Source: a virus (taxonomy: Duplodnaviria; Caudoviricetes). Taken from it: DNA of 64,000 bases. A program made the position numbers and the translations under genes. The stretch is taken from IMG/VR virus record IMGVR_UViG_3300029288_000148, positions 1-64,000 of that record; one strand, 5' to 3'. The first letter of the stretch is position 1. Each line of letters begins with the position of its first letter. This document shows positions 19,978 through 29,859 of this stretch, in pieces. The notes under the pieces were generated by a model. That model had not been told where the DNA came from. It ran no database searches and saw nothing but the letters and a program-made list of their open reading frames with translations.

Positions 19978-20727
19978 TTAATACTTATTTCTCAAATAAT
20001 CCTGAAAGGTATAATCTCCTGTGCTTAAACCAAAATTATTAGTTGTGGCAGGAGCTGAAATATCTGTAGCATTTTTATTTGTTATTTTTTTAATTAATTC
20101 ATCAATTTCCTTTGCTGAGAACTGTCCGGTCCCGGTATTATATCCCTTCCCATACAATGCTGTATAAATGTCCGGCTGTGCTGCTGCGGATGCCACGCCG
20201 GCAATGTTTTTCACCCCTGCCATCATATTCTGCGCACCGGCGTTTCTCAACTGCATGGCTTTCTCTGCTGCCTGAAGATATGGAAGTTCTTTGTTCCAGT
20301 AGTCAACACGCCTTTCTTCCTCATAAGCGGGACCGGAAAGTACATTCATATAATCACCTCTTGCCCCGGATACCTGTTGTGCTGTCAATCTTGCAAGATC
20401 AGCTATGGATGACTGTTCACCCTGAACAAGTTTGCCAAGCATGCCATAAGCCTCAGAACCGGCACCTAACTGCGTAGCAGCCCTTATTCCTGCCGATGTA
20501 GCCCCTTTTATCTCGTTGCGGTACAACTCTCCACCAGGAATGTCCTGATCCAATGTACGCCCATAAGAATAACCCAGAAGGCGTTTTATTGCATCCGATG
20601 TTTCCGCTGTTGGCCTTGGATTTTGCTTCTCAAGTTTATTGGCTCTGGACATCTGCACCGCTCCGGAAATACCCTGTATTGCCGAAGATGCCGCACCTAT
20701 TAATGCCATTAATGTTATCGGGTCCAT
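19978..20727 (-). CDS. putative DNA pilot/ejection protein
   Basis: MDPITLMALIGAASSAIQGISGA Gly/Ala-rich N-terminus typical of podovirus ejection proteins. Confidence 0.6.
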   Translation of the reverse strand: MDPITLMALIGAASSAIQGISGAVQMSRANKLEKQNPRPTAETSDAIKRLLGYSYGRTLDQDIPGGELYRNEIKGATSAGIRAATQLGAGSEAYGMLGKLVQGEQSSIADLARLTAQQVSGARGDYMNVLSGPAYEEERRVDYWNKELPYLQAAEKAMQLRNAGAQNMMAGVKNIAGVASAAAQPDIYTALYGKGYNTGTGQFSAKEIDELIKKITNKNATDISAPATTNNFGLSTGDYTFQDYLRNKY

Positions 20728-20739
20728 ATCTTTTTTCTT

Positions 20740-23523
20740 TTAATAACTTCGTTCACTGTTTGTTGAAAAAACTATTGCAGAATAAATTCTGACTTTTTCC
20801 TCATGCTCAGTTGTCTGCAGTCTGACTAAGCAATATCTTCCTCTCATCTCCCTGCCATTCATAGTCCTTGCATTCTCTGTTGCAAAAGTACCAGGAGTAT
20901 TCTGATCTTTTAATATCTGACCATAATAAACTCCCTCTCTATTTTCCCAGACGGCAATGTATGTTTCCATCAGCGCATAACCAGCCTCTTTGGGAATGGT
21001 AACATATCTTGACAAGGAATCCATTTGATGATCACAATAAAGAGCAAGAGCATTAAACACCTTTACTTTCCCGGGATTTATGTTAGAAGGAAATTGTACT
21101 TCTGCAAAAACATTCTCTCCGGCCCACTTCAAATATCCCTGACCTTCATCAACATTCATTATATAAAGACGCTGATTGTAAATGTGTGCAAAGAAATTAC
21201 CAAGATGAACATATCCGTCTGTTGGCTGGTTTAACCTCGAAATCCACTGGCCACGGTTCTCACTAAATATAGCACCGGTTATTTCTTCTTTTACCCGGAA
21301 AGTAACCCAAATCTCATTATGTTCTACGTTTGCCCCGGACCGGACCTCAAGATTACCGCTACCTCCGTTTAACTGAATCCATCTTAACAGATCCTTAAAC
21401 CACCGCTTCATCTTTATATCAGAAATCTCAATCTGCCCGTTTGCCGCAGACCGGATATACTTCCCTTCGGTGTTATCCCAATAATATAGGTATCGATCAT
21501 TGTTGAGAATACTATCCGGGTGTTGACAGCCATAATCATTCTCCATAGGTCTTTGCGTGCCAAGAAGATTATCTATAAGGGTGAATTGTTCTGTGCCATC
21601 AGGATTAAATGTTTGTATTCTTTGAATATAAACACTCGTTTCCTTGTGCATCTGCACCACTTTCAAAGTAAATCCTATCTCCCTCAGTCCGGTTATTGCT
21701 CCATTCTTTTTCGGAAAGTCGATATAATCCTCAAAAGTGAAATGTGCCAGGTTGTTTATCTGTGTACCGGTAATAAGAAATCCTCCGTGCCTTAATCTCT
21801 CCGGCAAAACATTTTGTCTTAACGGGATCTTGGAATATAAGAATGGCCATCCCTGAGAAGTAAGCTTTGTCTGGTTTTCCCACCAATCGCTCGGCGCATT
21901 GCTTTCTGCCCAAAACTGATATATCTGATCCGATTCATCACGGTAGTTTAGCCGAATATATTTCCATGCATCATTGGCAGTATTATAAACTTGCGCATAA
22001 GTCTCCGTTATCTTATTTTCATTTATGTACTGATCAATGTCTCCCTTGTGATATTTGTGTCCAAATTCATTTGTGGCAATATCATAAACCATCCCTGTCC
22101 CGTAGTAAGTAGTAATGCCCAATCCCTTCCTTGGTCTATAAATCTCGACAAGAATATTATCCATTCCCTCAAAGTCTGTCGGATGATCAATAGCCTGTAT
22201 TAAAAGCCAATCAACTCCTATTGCCTCTCCATACTGTGTGCCGGTCTGTTCTATCTCATAGTCATAAACGTCTGTATATTCTGTAACAACTCCTGTTCCA
22301 TCGTCAATGCATGCAATTAATCTCATTCGGTCTCCCTCTTCCCAAATATAATCCGGCACTTTCCATCTTCTGTTTTGGTTCCTTGTATGATCAATAGTGT
22401 CTTGTATCATTACAGAATATCGATCATTGCCAATATCATAAATGGCATTTGCCCTCATCTGAACAAAGAAGTCCATTGATACATTGCCGGCATATACTAT
22501 CTCATAAGTATCTGCCCAAGACGGGGGATTGTGACCTATCTTAAAGGTAAGAAGCGCAATTGATGAAAGTAATATCCCAGGATCTTCTTCTGCATACCAC
22601 GGCAAATAAACCTCCATGGCTGAACACCTGATCACTGAACACTGCCTCCCGCAATTATCTTTGTAAACAATACCAAAGCTATGTGTTGCTCCATTTTTCA
22701 GCACAGGATATTTGGCAGTCAGGCCAAGGTCAAGGATATATGCTGTGACTGTCCATCCTTCAAAGACTGTGTTTATGTCGCCTGGCTCAATATACGGTGA
22801 CTGAACAAATCTTCCTGATCTATACAATACCGCAATTTTATAATCTGATGGATGCCCAACAAAAGGTATCTCATTCGCCGTCATAGATGCCTGTAGTCCA
22901 TTCTTTACGTCAAGATAAGTATTGCCTGCCACTGCAAGATAGGACGCTATCTTATCAAACCCAGGACCTTGTACGCGGACATAATAAAAGCACCCCTCTC
23001 TTATAGTTAAAGGAATAGAAATAAAAAACGATCCTTCAATATTTCGATAAATAGTACTCGATCCATCCTCTCCTCTTTCATAATCCCAATATCCTCCCCC
23101 ATAAGGTGTCCCTGGCTCTTTTGTATTATTATCTGCATTTGCCCTCCAAATAATCTGCACTCCAAATGTATCTGGATGAGAAACCAAATCTCCCTTTTTA
23201 TAATTATAGCTCGGCAACCAGTTCTGTACTGTTATAGTAGTATAAGTTATCGGTGACTGAGTAAGTTTTGTTCTTAAATCATACTGTGATGCTTCTGGAG
23301 CTTTATTTTCATAATCTATTTCTGTTTCAACAATTGGTTCTACTCCGTCATAACCTTCAGTAATACTTCCCAGAACAATAGCATTTCCACAAATTAACTC
23401 CATGTGCCCGGCCTTAATAGGAACATAAGTAAATGGTTCTGCAACCTCCCCTGCAGAAATAACCTCTTTTACCCTGTCGTTGTAAAAGTTATACCTAATA
23501 TCCGTGTTATGACCGTAAATCAT
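20740..23523 (-). CDS. tail muzzle/stabilisation protein (P22 gp10/crAss-like), C-terminal fragment, with inserted CBM5/12-like module
   Basis: Starts mid-family at YNFYND..PFTYVPIKA..ELICGN....ITEGYD; later HSFGIVYKD..GRQ, GFTLKVVQ, REGVYY, EMRGRY; NWLPSYNYKKGD..YWDY insert. Confidence 0.75.
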   Translation of the reverse strand: MIYGHNTDIRYNFYNDRVKEVISAGEVAEPFTYVPIKAGHMELICGNAIVLGSITEGYDGVEPIVETEIDYENKAPEASQYDLRTKLTQSPITYTTITVQNWLPSYNYKKGDLVSHPDTFGVQIIWRANADNNTKEPGTPYGGGYWDYERGEDGSSTIYRNIEGSFFISIPLTIREGCFYYVRVQGPGFDKIASYLAVAGNTYLDVKNGLQASMTANEIPFVGHPSDYKIAVLYRSGRFVQSPYIEPGDINTVFEGWTVTAYILDLGLTAKYPVLKNGATHSFGIVYKDNCGRQCSVIRCSAMEVYLPWYAEEDPGILLSSIALLTFKIGHNPPSWADTYEIVYAGNVSMDFFVQMRANAIYDIGNDRYSVMIQDTIDHTRNQNRRWKVPDYIWEEGDRMRLIACIDDGTGVVTEYTDVYDYEIEQTGTQYGEAIGVDWLLIQAIDHPTDFEGMDNILVEIYRPRKGLGITTYYGTGMVYDIATNEFGHKYHKGDIDQYINENKITETYAQVYNTANDAWKYIRLNYRDESDQIYQFWAESNAPSDWWENQTKLTSQGWPFLYSKIPLRQNVLPERLRHGGFLITGTQINNLAHFTFEDYIDFPKKNGAITGLREIGFTLKVVQMHKETSVYIQRIQTFNPDGTEQFTLIDNLLGTQRPMENDYGCQHPDSILNNDRYLYYWDNTEGKYIRSAANGQIEISDIKMKRWFKDLLRWIQLNGGSGNLEVRSGANVEHNEIWVTFRVKEEITGAIFSENRGQWISRLNQPTDGYVHLGNFFAHIYNQRLYIMNVDEGQGYLKWAGENVFAEVQFPSNINPGKVKVFNALALYCDHQMDSLSRYVTIPKEAGYALMETYIAVWENREGVYYGQILKDQNTPGTFATENARTMNGREMRGRYCLVRLQTTEHEEKVRIYSAIVFSTNSERSY

Positions 23524-23532
23524 TTCTTTTTG

Positions 23533-23952
23533 TTAAGTGATGTAAATAACCCCACGGGCATTCCATGTTATTGTGGATGTGCCATTGGTAACAATCTGGT
23601 TTATCAGCATATTTATAATACACAGGATTCTTGATGTCGCTGGATTGCCAGAATTTACATAAATGGCAATATATTGATAGTCCAAGTATGCCCCTGGCCC
23701 AATTACCGGATTGCTGGTAAAATCCAAATAGGCATTATTCCCCTCATAACCAGCCGTATTTCCCGTCAATTTAAACCCCCCGGCCGTATATACTCCTCCG
23801 GTGTCCGTAACTTCATTTGCAGATACCTGTGAGATGTACTGCTGATTTGCTGCGTCCTGAACATGCGTGTCTTTTAGCAACATCGCATAAATATTCTCTC
23901 CTGCCCAGTCTGTTGCAATTTTGTTTTTTTCGAATTTTGGAATTATACTCAT
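23533..23952 (-). CDS. small beta-rich virion structural protein
   Basis: ANEVT..GGVYTAGG..L and TNGTSTITWNA motifs of a widespread phage tail protein family. Confidence 0.6.
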   Translation of the reverse strand: MSIIPKFEKNKIATDWAGENIYAMLLKDTHVQDAANQQYISQVSANEVTDTGGVYTAGGFKLTGNTAGYEGNNAYLDFTSNPVIGPGAYLDYQYIAIYVNSGNPATSRILCIINMLINQIVTNGTSTITWNARGVIYIT

Positions 23953-23964
23953 GATTTTAAAATT

Positions 23965-25746
23965 TTAAAATTCTTCACTTCTCAAATATACTGCAATAGT
24001 TTCTCCGGCGTTAGGGACAGAGATTAAATTAATAATTACCATATTTTCTTGTAAATTATTTGCGGAGAACGATCCGGCACTTCCCTTCCAAACGCCATTA
24101 ACTAATTCTCTCCAATAAATTGTAAATACTTCGCCCGCCGCCTTCCCTGGATATGTCGGAGTAAAGGTTAGTGCTATTTCAAGGTAGCCCACATAGGCTG
24201 ATGCGCTTTTTGTCAAATAATCTATTGTTAGTCCATTCGGATCTGAAAATCCCACCAATAACGAACAATATATCGGGACTGATGGTATTACAGGATGTTC
24301 ATCTTGCAATACATCTAACGAGAAAATGCTTCCTGCGATATTTTGCATAATGACACTCCCTGTTAGTGGATTGTAAGTATCATTATTAACAATTGGATAC
24401 ATCCTTATCGTTTCCCCATTTGCAATATTATCCAATGCAACTAAGTTATTCCCAAGAGAATCTATTACTTGCATCCATGAGGGGAACGAAGATAATATTG
24501 CATCTCCTGGCCCTACGGATATTGTTACTGCCTTTGCTGCTGATATTCCTATCTCTGCGAAACTCTCATTATAAACCCATTCAAGAGAACTTTCAGATAG
24601 ATTAACATATACATTTGTTATGGTTGGCACTCTTATGCTTAATGCCATAGTCCCATATAATGGAGCGACTACGGCTGAGTTTGTTATTATCGGAAGCTTT
24701 ATTGTCAATGCCATTGTTGAATAGCTTGGCATTGTCAACTTACTACCCTCTGCAAGTATTGTCTGAGATACTTCTTCAATCCCAAACTTATCAATCTCCT
24801 CGACTAAAAACCACGTTGAAGGATCTTGGCTACTTCTTCCAATAATCCTTATCTTCCTTACCTCCTCACCTCCGGTGTTGACGACTATCTCAAGTGCATT
24901 GTTCTGTGAAATAATCTCGGTGGCTTGCCCTGTTGCTACTTCCTCTTCTGCTTGCGGTAATGCAACAATGCTGGCTGGGGAATAAGTACTTTGTCTGAAA
25001 TCAAGGTAAACATAGTTGTATGCAAACTGAAATAATGTTTGCCGAAGTCCGTTTATCTTTCTCGAATCATCAGTCTTATAAGTAACAACAGGCGGCTTGT
25101 CCGGAGGAATAGGTGCAAAATAAAAGTTCTTAACATTCATGGAATAATATGCCTCGTCAATAAGGCAAAGCTGTTCCCAGTATGTTGTTTCGCTTCGCGG
25201 ATCAAAATTCGTTCCCGGGACAATACATTTATAAAAATGCTTTCCTTTTGAAACGATCTGTCCTGCCTGATAAAAAACTGTTTCATCCCATGCAGTAGTT
25301 GTTGGGTATGGATCGTAGCCAATACCATAGAAGAATGACTTTTTCGCCCTTTCAATATCTATTTGATAAACCGGATTTAAATTATCGGTAAATATCAATT
25401 TGCCATGGACAACCCTTGCATTACGAATCCTGTTCAACTTATTCAACCCAAGTGCATTGTTATCATTGAAATAAACAACGGCAATAACTCTTGTGTCGAT
25501 CTCTATCTCAAATATCCAATCACGGTTATAATAAGTATCAAGATAAATGAGATACAGTTTCCGGTGTTCTTTGTCAATAGCTTTTCCCAAAAGGAATGTC
25601 GTGTACTTTGAATGAGTTCCCGGATTGATCGTTCCAGTATCTTTTATCAGCCTGACAGAAAGATAATAAGTTTTGAGTGTAACGGCTTTTATCGCTTCTG
25701 CACTATCATAAGACAAATAGAAATATTTTCCAAGAAGATCACTCAT
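23965..25746 (-). CDS. muzzle middle fragment fused to repeat and BACON-like domains
   Basis: LGKAIDKEHRKLY, LIFTDNLNP..IDI, FQFAYNYVY.D..STYSP, NTGGEEVRKIRI; CBM5/12-like insert; then TMAL.I..P.ITN x2 and a BACON-like segment (LSESSLEW..PSWMQV..TGSV..LQ). Confidence 0.7.
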   Translation of the reverse strand: MSDLLGKYFYLSYDSAEAIKAVTLKTYYLSVRLIKDTGTINPGTHSKYTTFLLGKAIDKEHRKLYLIYLDTYYNRDWIFEIEIDTRVIAVVYFNDNNALGLNKLNRIRNARVVHGKLIFTDNLNPVYQIDIERAKKSFFYGIGYDPYPTTTAWDETVFYQAGQIVSKGKHFYKCIVPGTNFDPRSETTYWEQLCLIDEAYYSMNVKNFYFAPIPPDKPPVVTYKTDDSRKINGLRQTLFQFAYNYVYLDFRQSTYSPASIVALPQAEEEVATGQATEIISQNNALEIVVNTGGEEVRKIRIIGRSSQDPSTWFLVEEIDKFGIEEVSQTILAEGSKLTMPSYSTMALTIKLPIITNSAVVAPLYGTMALSIRVPTITNVYVNLSESSLEWVYNESFAEIGISAAKAVTISVGPGDAILSSFPSWMQVIDSLGNNLVALDNIANGETIRMYPIVNNDTYNPLTGSVIMQNIAGSIFSLDVLQDEHPVIPSVPIYCSLLVGFSDPNGLTIDYLTKSASAYVGYLEIALTFTPTYPGKAAGEVFTIYWRELVNGVWKGSAGSFSANNLQENMVIINLISVPNAGETIAVYLRSEEF

Positions 25747-25747
25747 C

Positions 25748-28219
25748 CTATAAAGTAATTACTTCAATTATGTAATTCATCAAAACATCGTCCGTTGATG
25801 AGCTATCAACACTCACGGACATTATTATATTCCCCGAACTAAGAGAACTTGTTATTGTAATACCAACATTGTCGCCATAATATTCCACCGATTGATCTGT
25901 TAATGGGTTTTTGTTAATGATAAACACTGTCCCCATCTGGTCATTTGATCCTCGTCTTGCAGCATAGTCTATTATAACTGCGCTATCTGTTGATAAATTT
26001 CCTACGACAATATTGGTTACAGCTCCATAAGGAAGTATCCCTTCAGGAATGACAGGTTCAGGTTCTTCTTCAGGAAGAACATTCGTTATACAATTAATAC
26101 TATTCTGCTCAAATTGAGGATTCCCTCCAATTTCATCCCATGATACTCCATTGTCAACCGATCTCCAAATATCTCCGGTGTCATCACCTATTAAGATAAC
26201 TCCATCAGCAATATGCGTAGCGCATAGTATCGATGTGGCAATTCCCAAAACATTTATTTCTGTTGTAAAATCATCATCAGTATAACTTATGCTTTCAGTG
26301 TTACAGCTAAATAGTATCCTTGATCCATTTGCGCCAATTATGAAATTTACCTTATTACTACCAAAGCTTCCCATGTCTGCCCAACTCTCTCCTCCGTCAG
26401 CCGATCTCCATATATGACCATCAGTATCTCCCGCATATATATTTGATGAACTATCTGTATAGGCTGCAGAAAAACCACCTGCCTGTTTTAAGGAATAAGT
26501 TGCGCTATCAATAGTCCAATTATAAATACCTGTACTGGTAATAAGTATTACATTCGTTTCGTCAATGAAAGAAGATCCATAAAGTACTCCCAGATTTAAT
26601 CCGGAAGACTTAAATGTTGCTCCACCATCTATACTGTAATTAAGGTTCCCAAGGGCATCAGAAACTACAACTACCTCCTGAAATGCTCCGATGTGGTAAA
26701 TATGATCCGATCCGGCACTCCCAGCATAAGTATAATATCCTGTTGAATAGTTAATAACTCTGCCTTGGTCGGTGCTATAAATTATATCACCATTTCCAAG
26801 TCTTGCAAAACTTGTCGGATTGCCCAGATTAAAACTGCCTTCATTTACAAATGTTATTCCAACGTCAACGGATCTGAGAATTAATCCACCTATCGATGTC
26901 CCTGCCAAGATGAAACTTTCGGAATCGATACTCAGCGATTTAACAAGTCGAACATTGGCTACTACAAGATTTTTATCTAAATGTTCTGTTGTCCAAAAAA
27001 CTCCACTATTAGAAACAAGGTAAGGCATATAAATCTCTGTTTCATCAAACATTTCGCTTGTTGCAAAAAATGCAAATTCTTTTATACTGGAAAAAGAGGC
27101 ATCAATCTTATTTCTATATCCTCCCCCAAGCGCAGTAAATCCTGATTCGTTTGTTGCTCCGGTATTAGGGGCGTTCCAATGAACTAATCCAGTTTCCTTC
27201 ATCTTCCCGCCTGCGTTATATGCTCCACCAATCGCACTCGCTAATTTTGCCCAATCCTGTAATGTAGGAACTCTCCACCCTTCTTCATGAACACCATTAC
27301 GAAGCATATAGGCTATTCCCTTGGCATTTGTATAGGCATAGGCGCTATAGATAATGCCATAATCGCGATATGTAACCGGATCGTTATCATACCAACAATA
27401 TCCTCCATTATGCCCTGCACTGCCATCTTCTGCAAGCCAATCCGCATCTAAGGTAAGGTTTGGTATTGCTGTCCCGTCAGCGTATTTTGTGACTATTAGG
27501 TTTTCGATAAGCCAAACTTGGTTGCCAACAACAACTTCTGTGTAAATATTCCCATCCAGATCAGTAAGCACACCAATGTCAGCGTCTTTCAGCCAAAACG
27601 TAGCTTTCTCTTTTAAAAGCTTAAATATCGTATCAAACATTCCACAGGGAAGTGCGGTAAAATTACTTGAGTTATCTGCTAAAAGGTTTGGCGATGCCCA
27701 ATGAGTAAGTCCGGCCTCCTTCATCTTTGCCCCAGCCACTAATGCACCGCCAAGATATGACATCAATTCGTCAAAATCTGATTCAAAAGGCACCCTCCAC
27801 CCTGCAGGCGCAAAATCCCCTTGTTGTATCATATCCCAATTATAAAGCCCCCCACAGGACACCCTGTTTTCTTCATCATCATTAAATACTTTGCTCCCGG
27901 GATAATCAAAATCCCAATTCTTTCCCATCCATACCTGATCTCCAATTGCGACTTCCGGATAACCCTCGTAAATGAATTGTGATCCAATGGCCCCGCCATA
28001 ATAACCAGGAATAGAGGCGTCAATCAATAGCTCCACCTCTGCAAGTAAGGTTTCCATTAATCCAAACCCTTGCTGTTCGTCACTGGAAGCCACCCTTACG
28101 TTCAGGGCATCGAGATATTCTCCGTTTAAGAAATTCTCAACATCCTCTGGAGAATGATCTTTATTCATCCCCAGCGAAAAACGCCGCTCATCGTGATTTT
28201 GTCCCTGATTCTGCCTCAT
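25748..28219 (-). CDS. muzzle N-terminal fragment fused to two FISUMP (Fib_succ_major) domains, BNR beta-propeller and C-terminal beta domain
   Basis: FSLGMNKD..NGEYLDALNVRV muzzle N-terminus; IGDQVWMGKN/VGNQVWLIENL and GWRVP FISUMP motifs; repeated S.DGG.TW Asp-boxes. Confidence 0.75.
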   Translation of the reverse strand: MRQNQGQNHDERRFSLGMNKDHSPEDVENFLNGEYLDALNVRVASSDEQQGFGLMETLLAEVELLIDASIPGYYGGAIGSQFIYEGYPEVAIGDQVWMGKNWDFDYPGSKVFNDDEENRVSCGGLYNWDMIQQGDFAPAGWRVPFESDFDELMSYLGGALVAGAKMKEAGLTHWASPNLLADNSSNFTALPCGMFDTIFKLLKEKATFWLKDADIGVLTDLDGNIYTEVVVGNQVWLIENLIVTKYADGTAIPNLTLDADWLAEDGSAGHNGGYCWYDNDPVTYRDYGIIYSAYAYTNAKGIAYMLRNGVHEEGWRVPTLQDWAKLASAIGGAYNAGGKMKETGLVHWNAPNTGATNESGFTALGGGYRNKIDASFSSIKEFAFFATSEMFDETEIYMPYLVSNSGVFWTTEHLDKNLVVANVRLVKSLSIDSESFILAGTSIGGLILRSVDVGITFVNEGSFNLGNPTSFARLGNGDIIYSTDQGRVINYSTGYYTYAGSAGSDHIYHIGAFQEVVVVSDALGNLNYSIDGGATFKSSGLNLGVLYGSSFIDETNVILITSTGIYNWTIDSATYSLKQAGGFSAAYTDSSSNIYAGDTDGHIWRSADGGESWADMGSFGSNKVNFIIGANGSRILFSCNTESISYTDDDFTTEINVLGIATSILCATHIADGVILIGDDTGDIWRSVDNGVSWDEIGGNPQFEQNSINCITNVLPEEEPEPVIPEGILPYGAVTNIVVGNLSTDSAVIIDYAARRGSNDQMGTVFIINKNPLTDQSVEYYGDNVGITITSSLSSGNIIMSVSVDSSSTDDVLMNYIIEVITL

Positions 28220-28986
28220 CTCTTAGGTGTCTGTCTATAAGTCTTGTACAGCATCCGTTTGTACTCGTCTTTTGTAAATGCTGACTGAAAATATCTTAAT
28301 GCCTCGATTTCTTCTTCATGTCCTCTTTTTCTTCTTTCTTTTTCGGTATAAGGTGTTCTTGAATCAAATTCAACCATTTGCCACAAAATGTATGTTCTTA
28401 TGGCCGGCACACATTCTCTGGGAATAGCTGAAGATCCTGTTGCTTTTACTCCGGAAGAAATATATTCCAGAACAATTTGGGATCTTGGCACCGATCCGGT
28501 AAACACAATTGTCCCCATCTCCCTGTCAAAACGGTAATAAGCATCATCAATGCCTCCGGGCATGCCATATAACCCCCCGACAAACTGCCCTCCTCGAAAA
28601 TGATCTGAAAAATATACCAATGATGCTGCATCAACCGTGTCATCTGCATCTGTATTCCCTACAGGCGTTCCGTCCGGAAATGTCCTTGGTAAAAGTATTT
28701 GTTGGTGGTTTGTTAATACCCTTAGTTTGCCATTTATCGGAACACCTATCTTCAGCCAATCCACAAAGTCTGCCGGAAGCGTAACTACTTTTGCTGAGTT
28801 CATTTCAAGATATACAACTTCGTAATTGTCGATATGGAAAAGATTTAACTCTGTATATCCGCTTATTGCAAGTTGCATAAGTCTGTAATAATGCCTCATG
28901 GAATAGTCTCCAAGCAGGTTTAAGACACTCATGACAATATATCTTAGTGTAACTACTCCCGGGGTTTTTGGTGAATCAAAGCTCAT
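28216..28986 (-). CDS. tail ring / head-tail connector protein
   Basis: LPADFVDWLKIGV and VLEYISSG motifs of crAss-like ring proteins; position. Confidence 0.65.
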   Translation of the reverse strand: MSFDSPKTPGVVTLRYIVMSVLNLLGDYSMRHYYRLMQLAISGYTELNLFHIDNYEVVYLEMNSAKVVTLPADFVDWLKIGVPINGKLRVLTNHQQILLPRTFPDGTPVGNTDADDTVDAASLVYFSDHFRGGQFVGGLYGMPGGIDDAYYRFDREMGTIVFTGSVPRSQIVLEYISSGVKATGSSAIPRECVPAIRTYILWQMVEFDSRTPYTEKERRKRGHEEEIEALRYFQSAFTKDEYKRMLYKTYRQTPKR

Positions 28987-28997
28987 TTATTTCATTA

Positions 28998-29687
28998 TTA
29001 AAATTGGTTTGGCCTGTTGGCTACCTGGTCCGGAGCTAAATCCTGTGGTGGTTTATTTCTCAAAAACTCCACAGTTTGCTTTACAAGAATATCTTCCTGT
29101 CCTGCGGGCATAGCAATATCATCATAATCACCTATCTGATCAAGGGGCACGATCATTTTTACATTAAGAGTAAATGGGTCAAACATCGAATATAGATTGT
29201 ATGTCGATAGCGGGATTTTTGCAAGCCTTAAAATATGCGATGCCCCCGCAAGCAGTGTGTTATTCATCTCAAGCCGAAAAGTAGGAGTTGCATCAATTGA
29301 CGATACTTCAAGTTCGTTAAAGATTGCAACAGCAGTATTGTCAAGATATGCAAAAACTATATTATCGTCTCCTTTCACCGCAACTTCTCTTATCCCCATA
29401 TTGTCCGGAAGCTGCATTGGGGGATATGGTAATCTTATATGACCGCTTACAAGGCTTCCGGCAGTAACGGCATCATATAATTCAAGCTCATACGTATATG
29501 TCCACGCATCAAGCTGGCTGTAATCGGTAAACTTCTTACAGTTTAACCATACTTGGTACACAACCTGGTTAAACGCATTTTCCAGATATTTCTTTATGAT
29601 AGCAGGATGATATTGTCCAATCATATCATCCGGATGCCCACTGGCAAGGAAATCTCCCACCAAATCGACCAGGTTTTCTTTTTTCAT
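28998..29687 (-). CDS. putative tail ring protein
   Basis: Helix-beta-helix layout like neighbours; position between ring genes. Confidence 0.55.
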   Translation of the reverse strand: MKKENLVDLVGDFLASGHPDDMIGQYHPAIIKKYLENAFNQVVYQVWLNCKKFTDYSQLDAWTYTYELELYDAVTAGSLVSGHIRLPYPPMQLPDNMGIREVAVKGDDNIVFAYLDNTAVAIFNELEVSSIDATPTFRLEMNNTLLAGASHILRLAKIPLSTYNLYSMFDPFTLNVKMIVPLDQIGDYDDIAMPAGQEDILVKQTVEFLRNKPPQDLAPDQVANRPNQF

Positions 29688-29849
29688 TTACCGTCTCTTT
29701 TTTGAAGATGATTTCTTTCCCTGCGTCCAACCGCCGCCGGCCTTCCGCTTAATTCCGATGCTGTCACTGCATATACCGTAAGCCGAAGATTTACTCTTAC
29801 CTGATGACATTACTTTCTTAATACAGCGTTCAAGTTTTTTGGGTGCCAT
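29688..29849 (-). CDS. 53-aa very basic protein
   Basis: Hand-translated MAPKKLERCIKKVMSSGKSKSSAYGICSDSIGIKRKAGGGWTQGKKSSSKKRR*; stop abuts next ATG. Confidence 0.65.
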   Translation of the reverse strand: MAPKKLERCIKKVMSSGKSKSSAYGICSDSIGIKRKAGGGWTQGKKSSSKKRR

Positions 29850-29859
29850 GGTTTAAATT

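Noticed and set aside
26940-27960. DGR template/variable repeats in the FISUMP domains
   Set aside because: The two copies differ at many non-adenine positions, and no reverse transcriptase is in the window
23523-28000. Group I/II introns or inteins explaining the muzzle split
   Set aside because: The inserts encode adhesin-like domains with their own starts and stops; no intron core, maturase or intein C/S...HN motifs were seen
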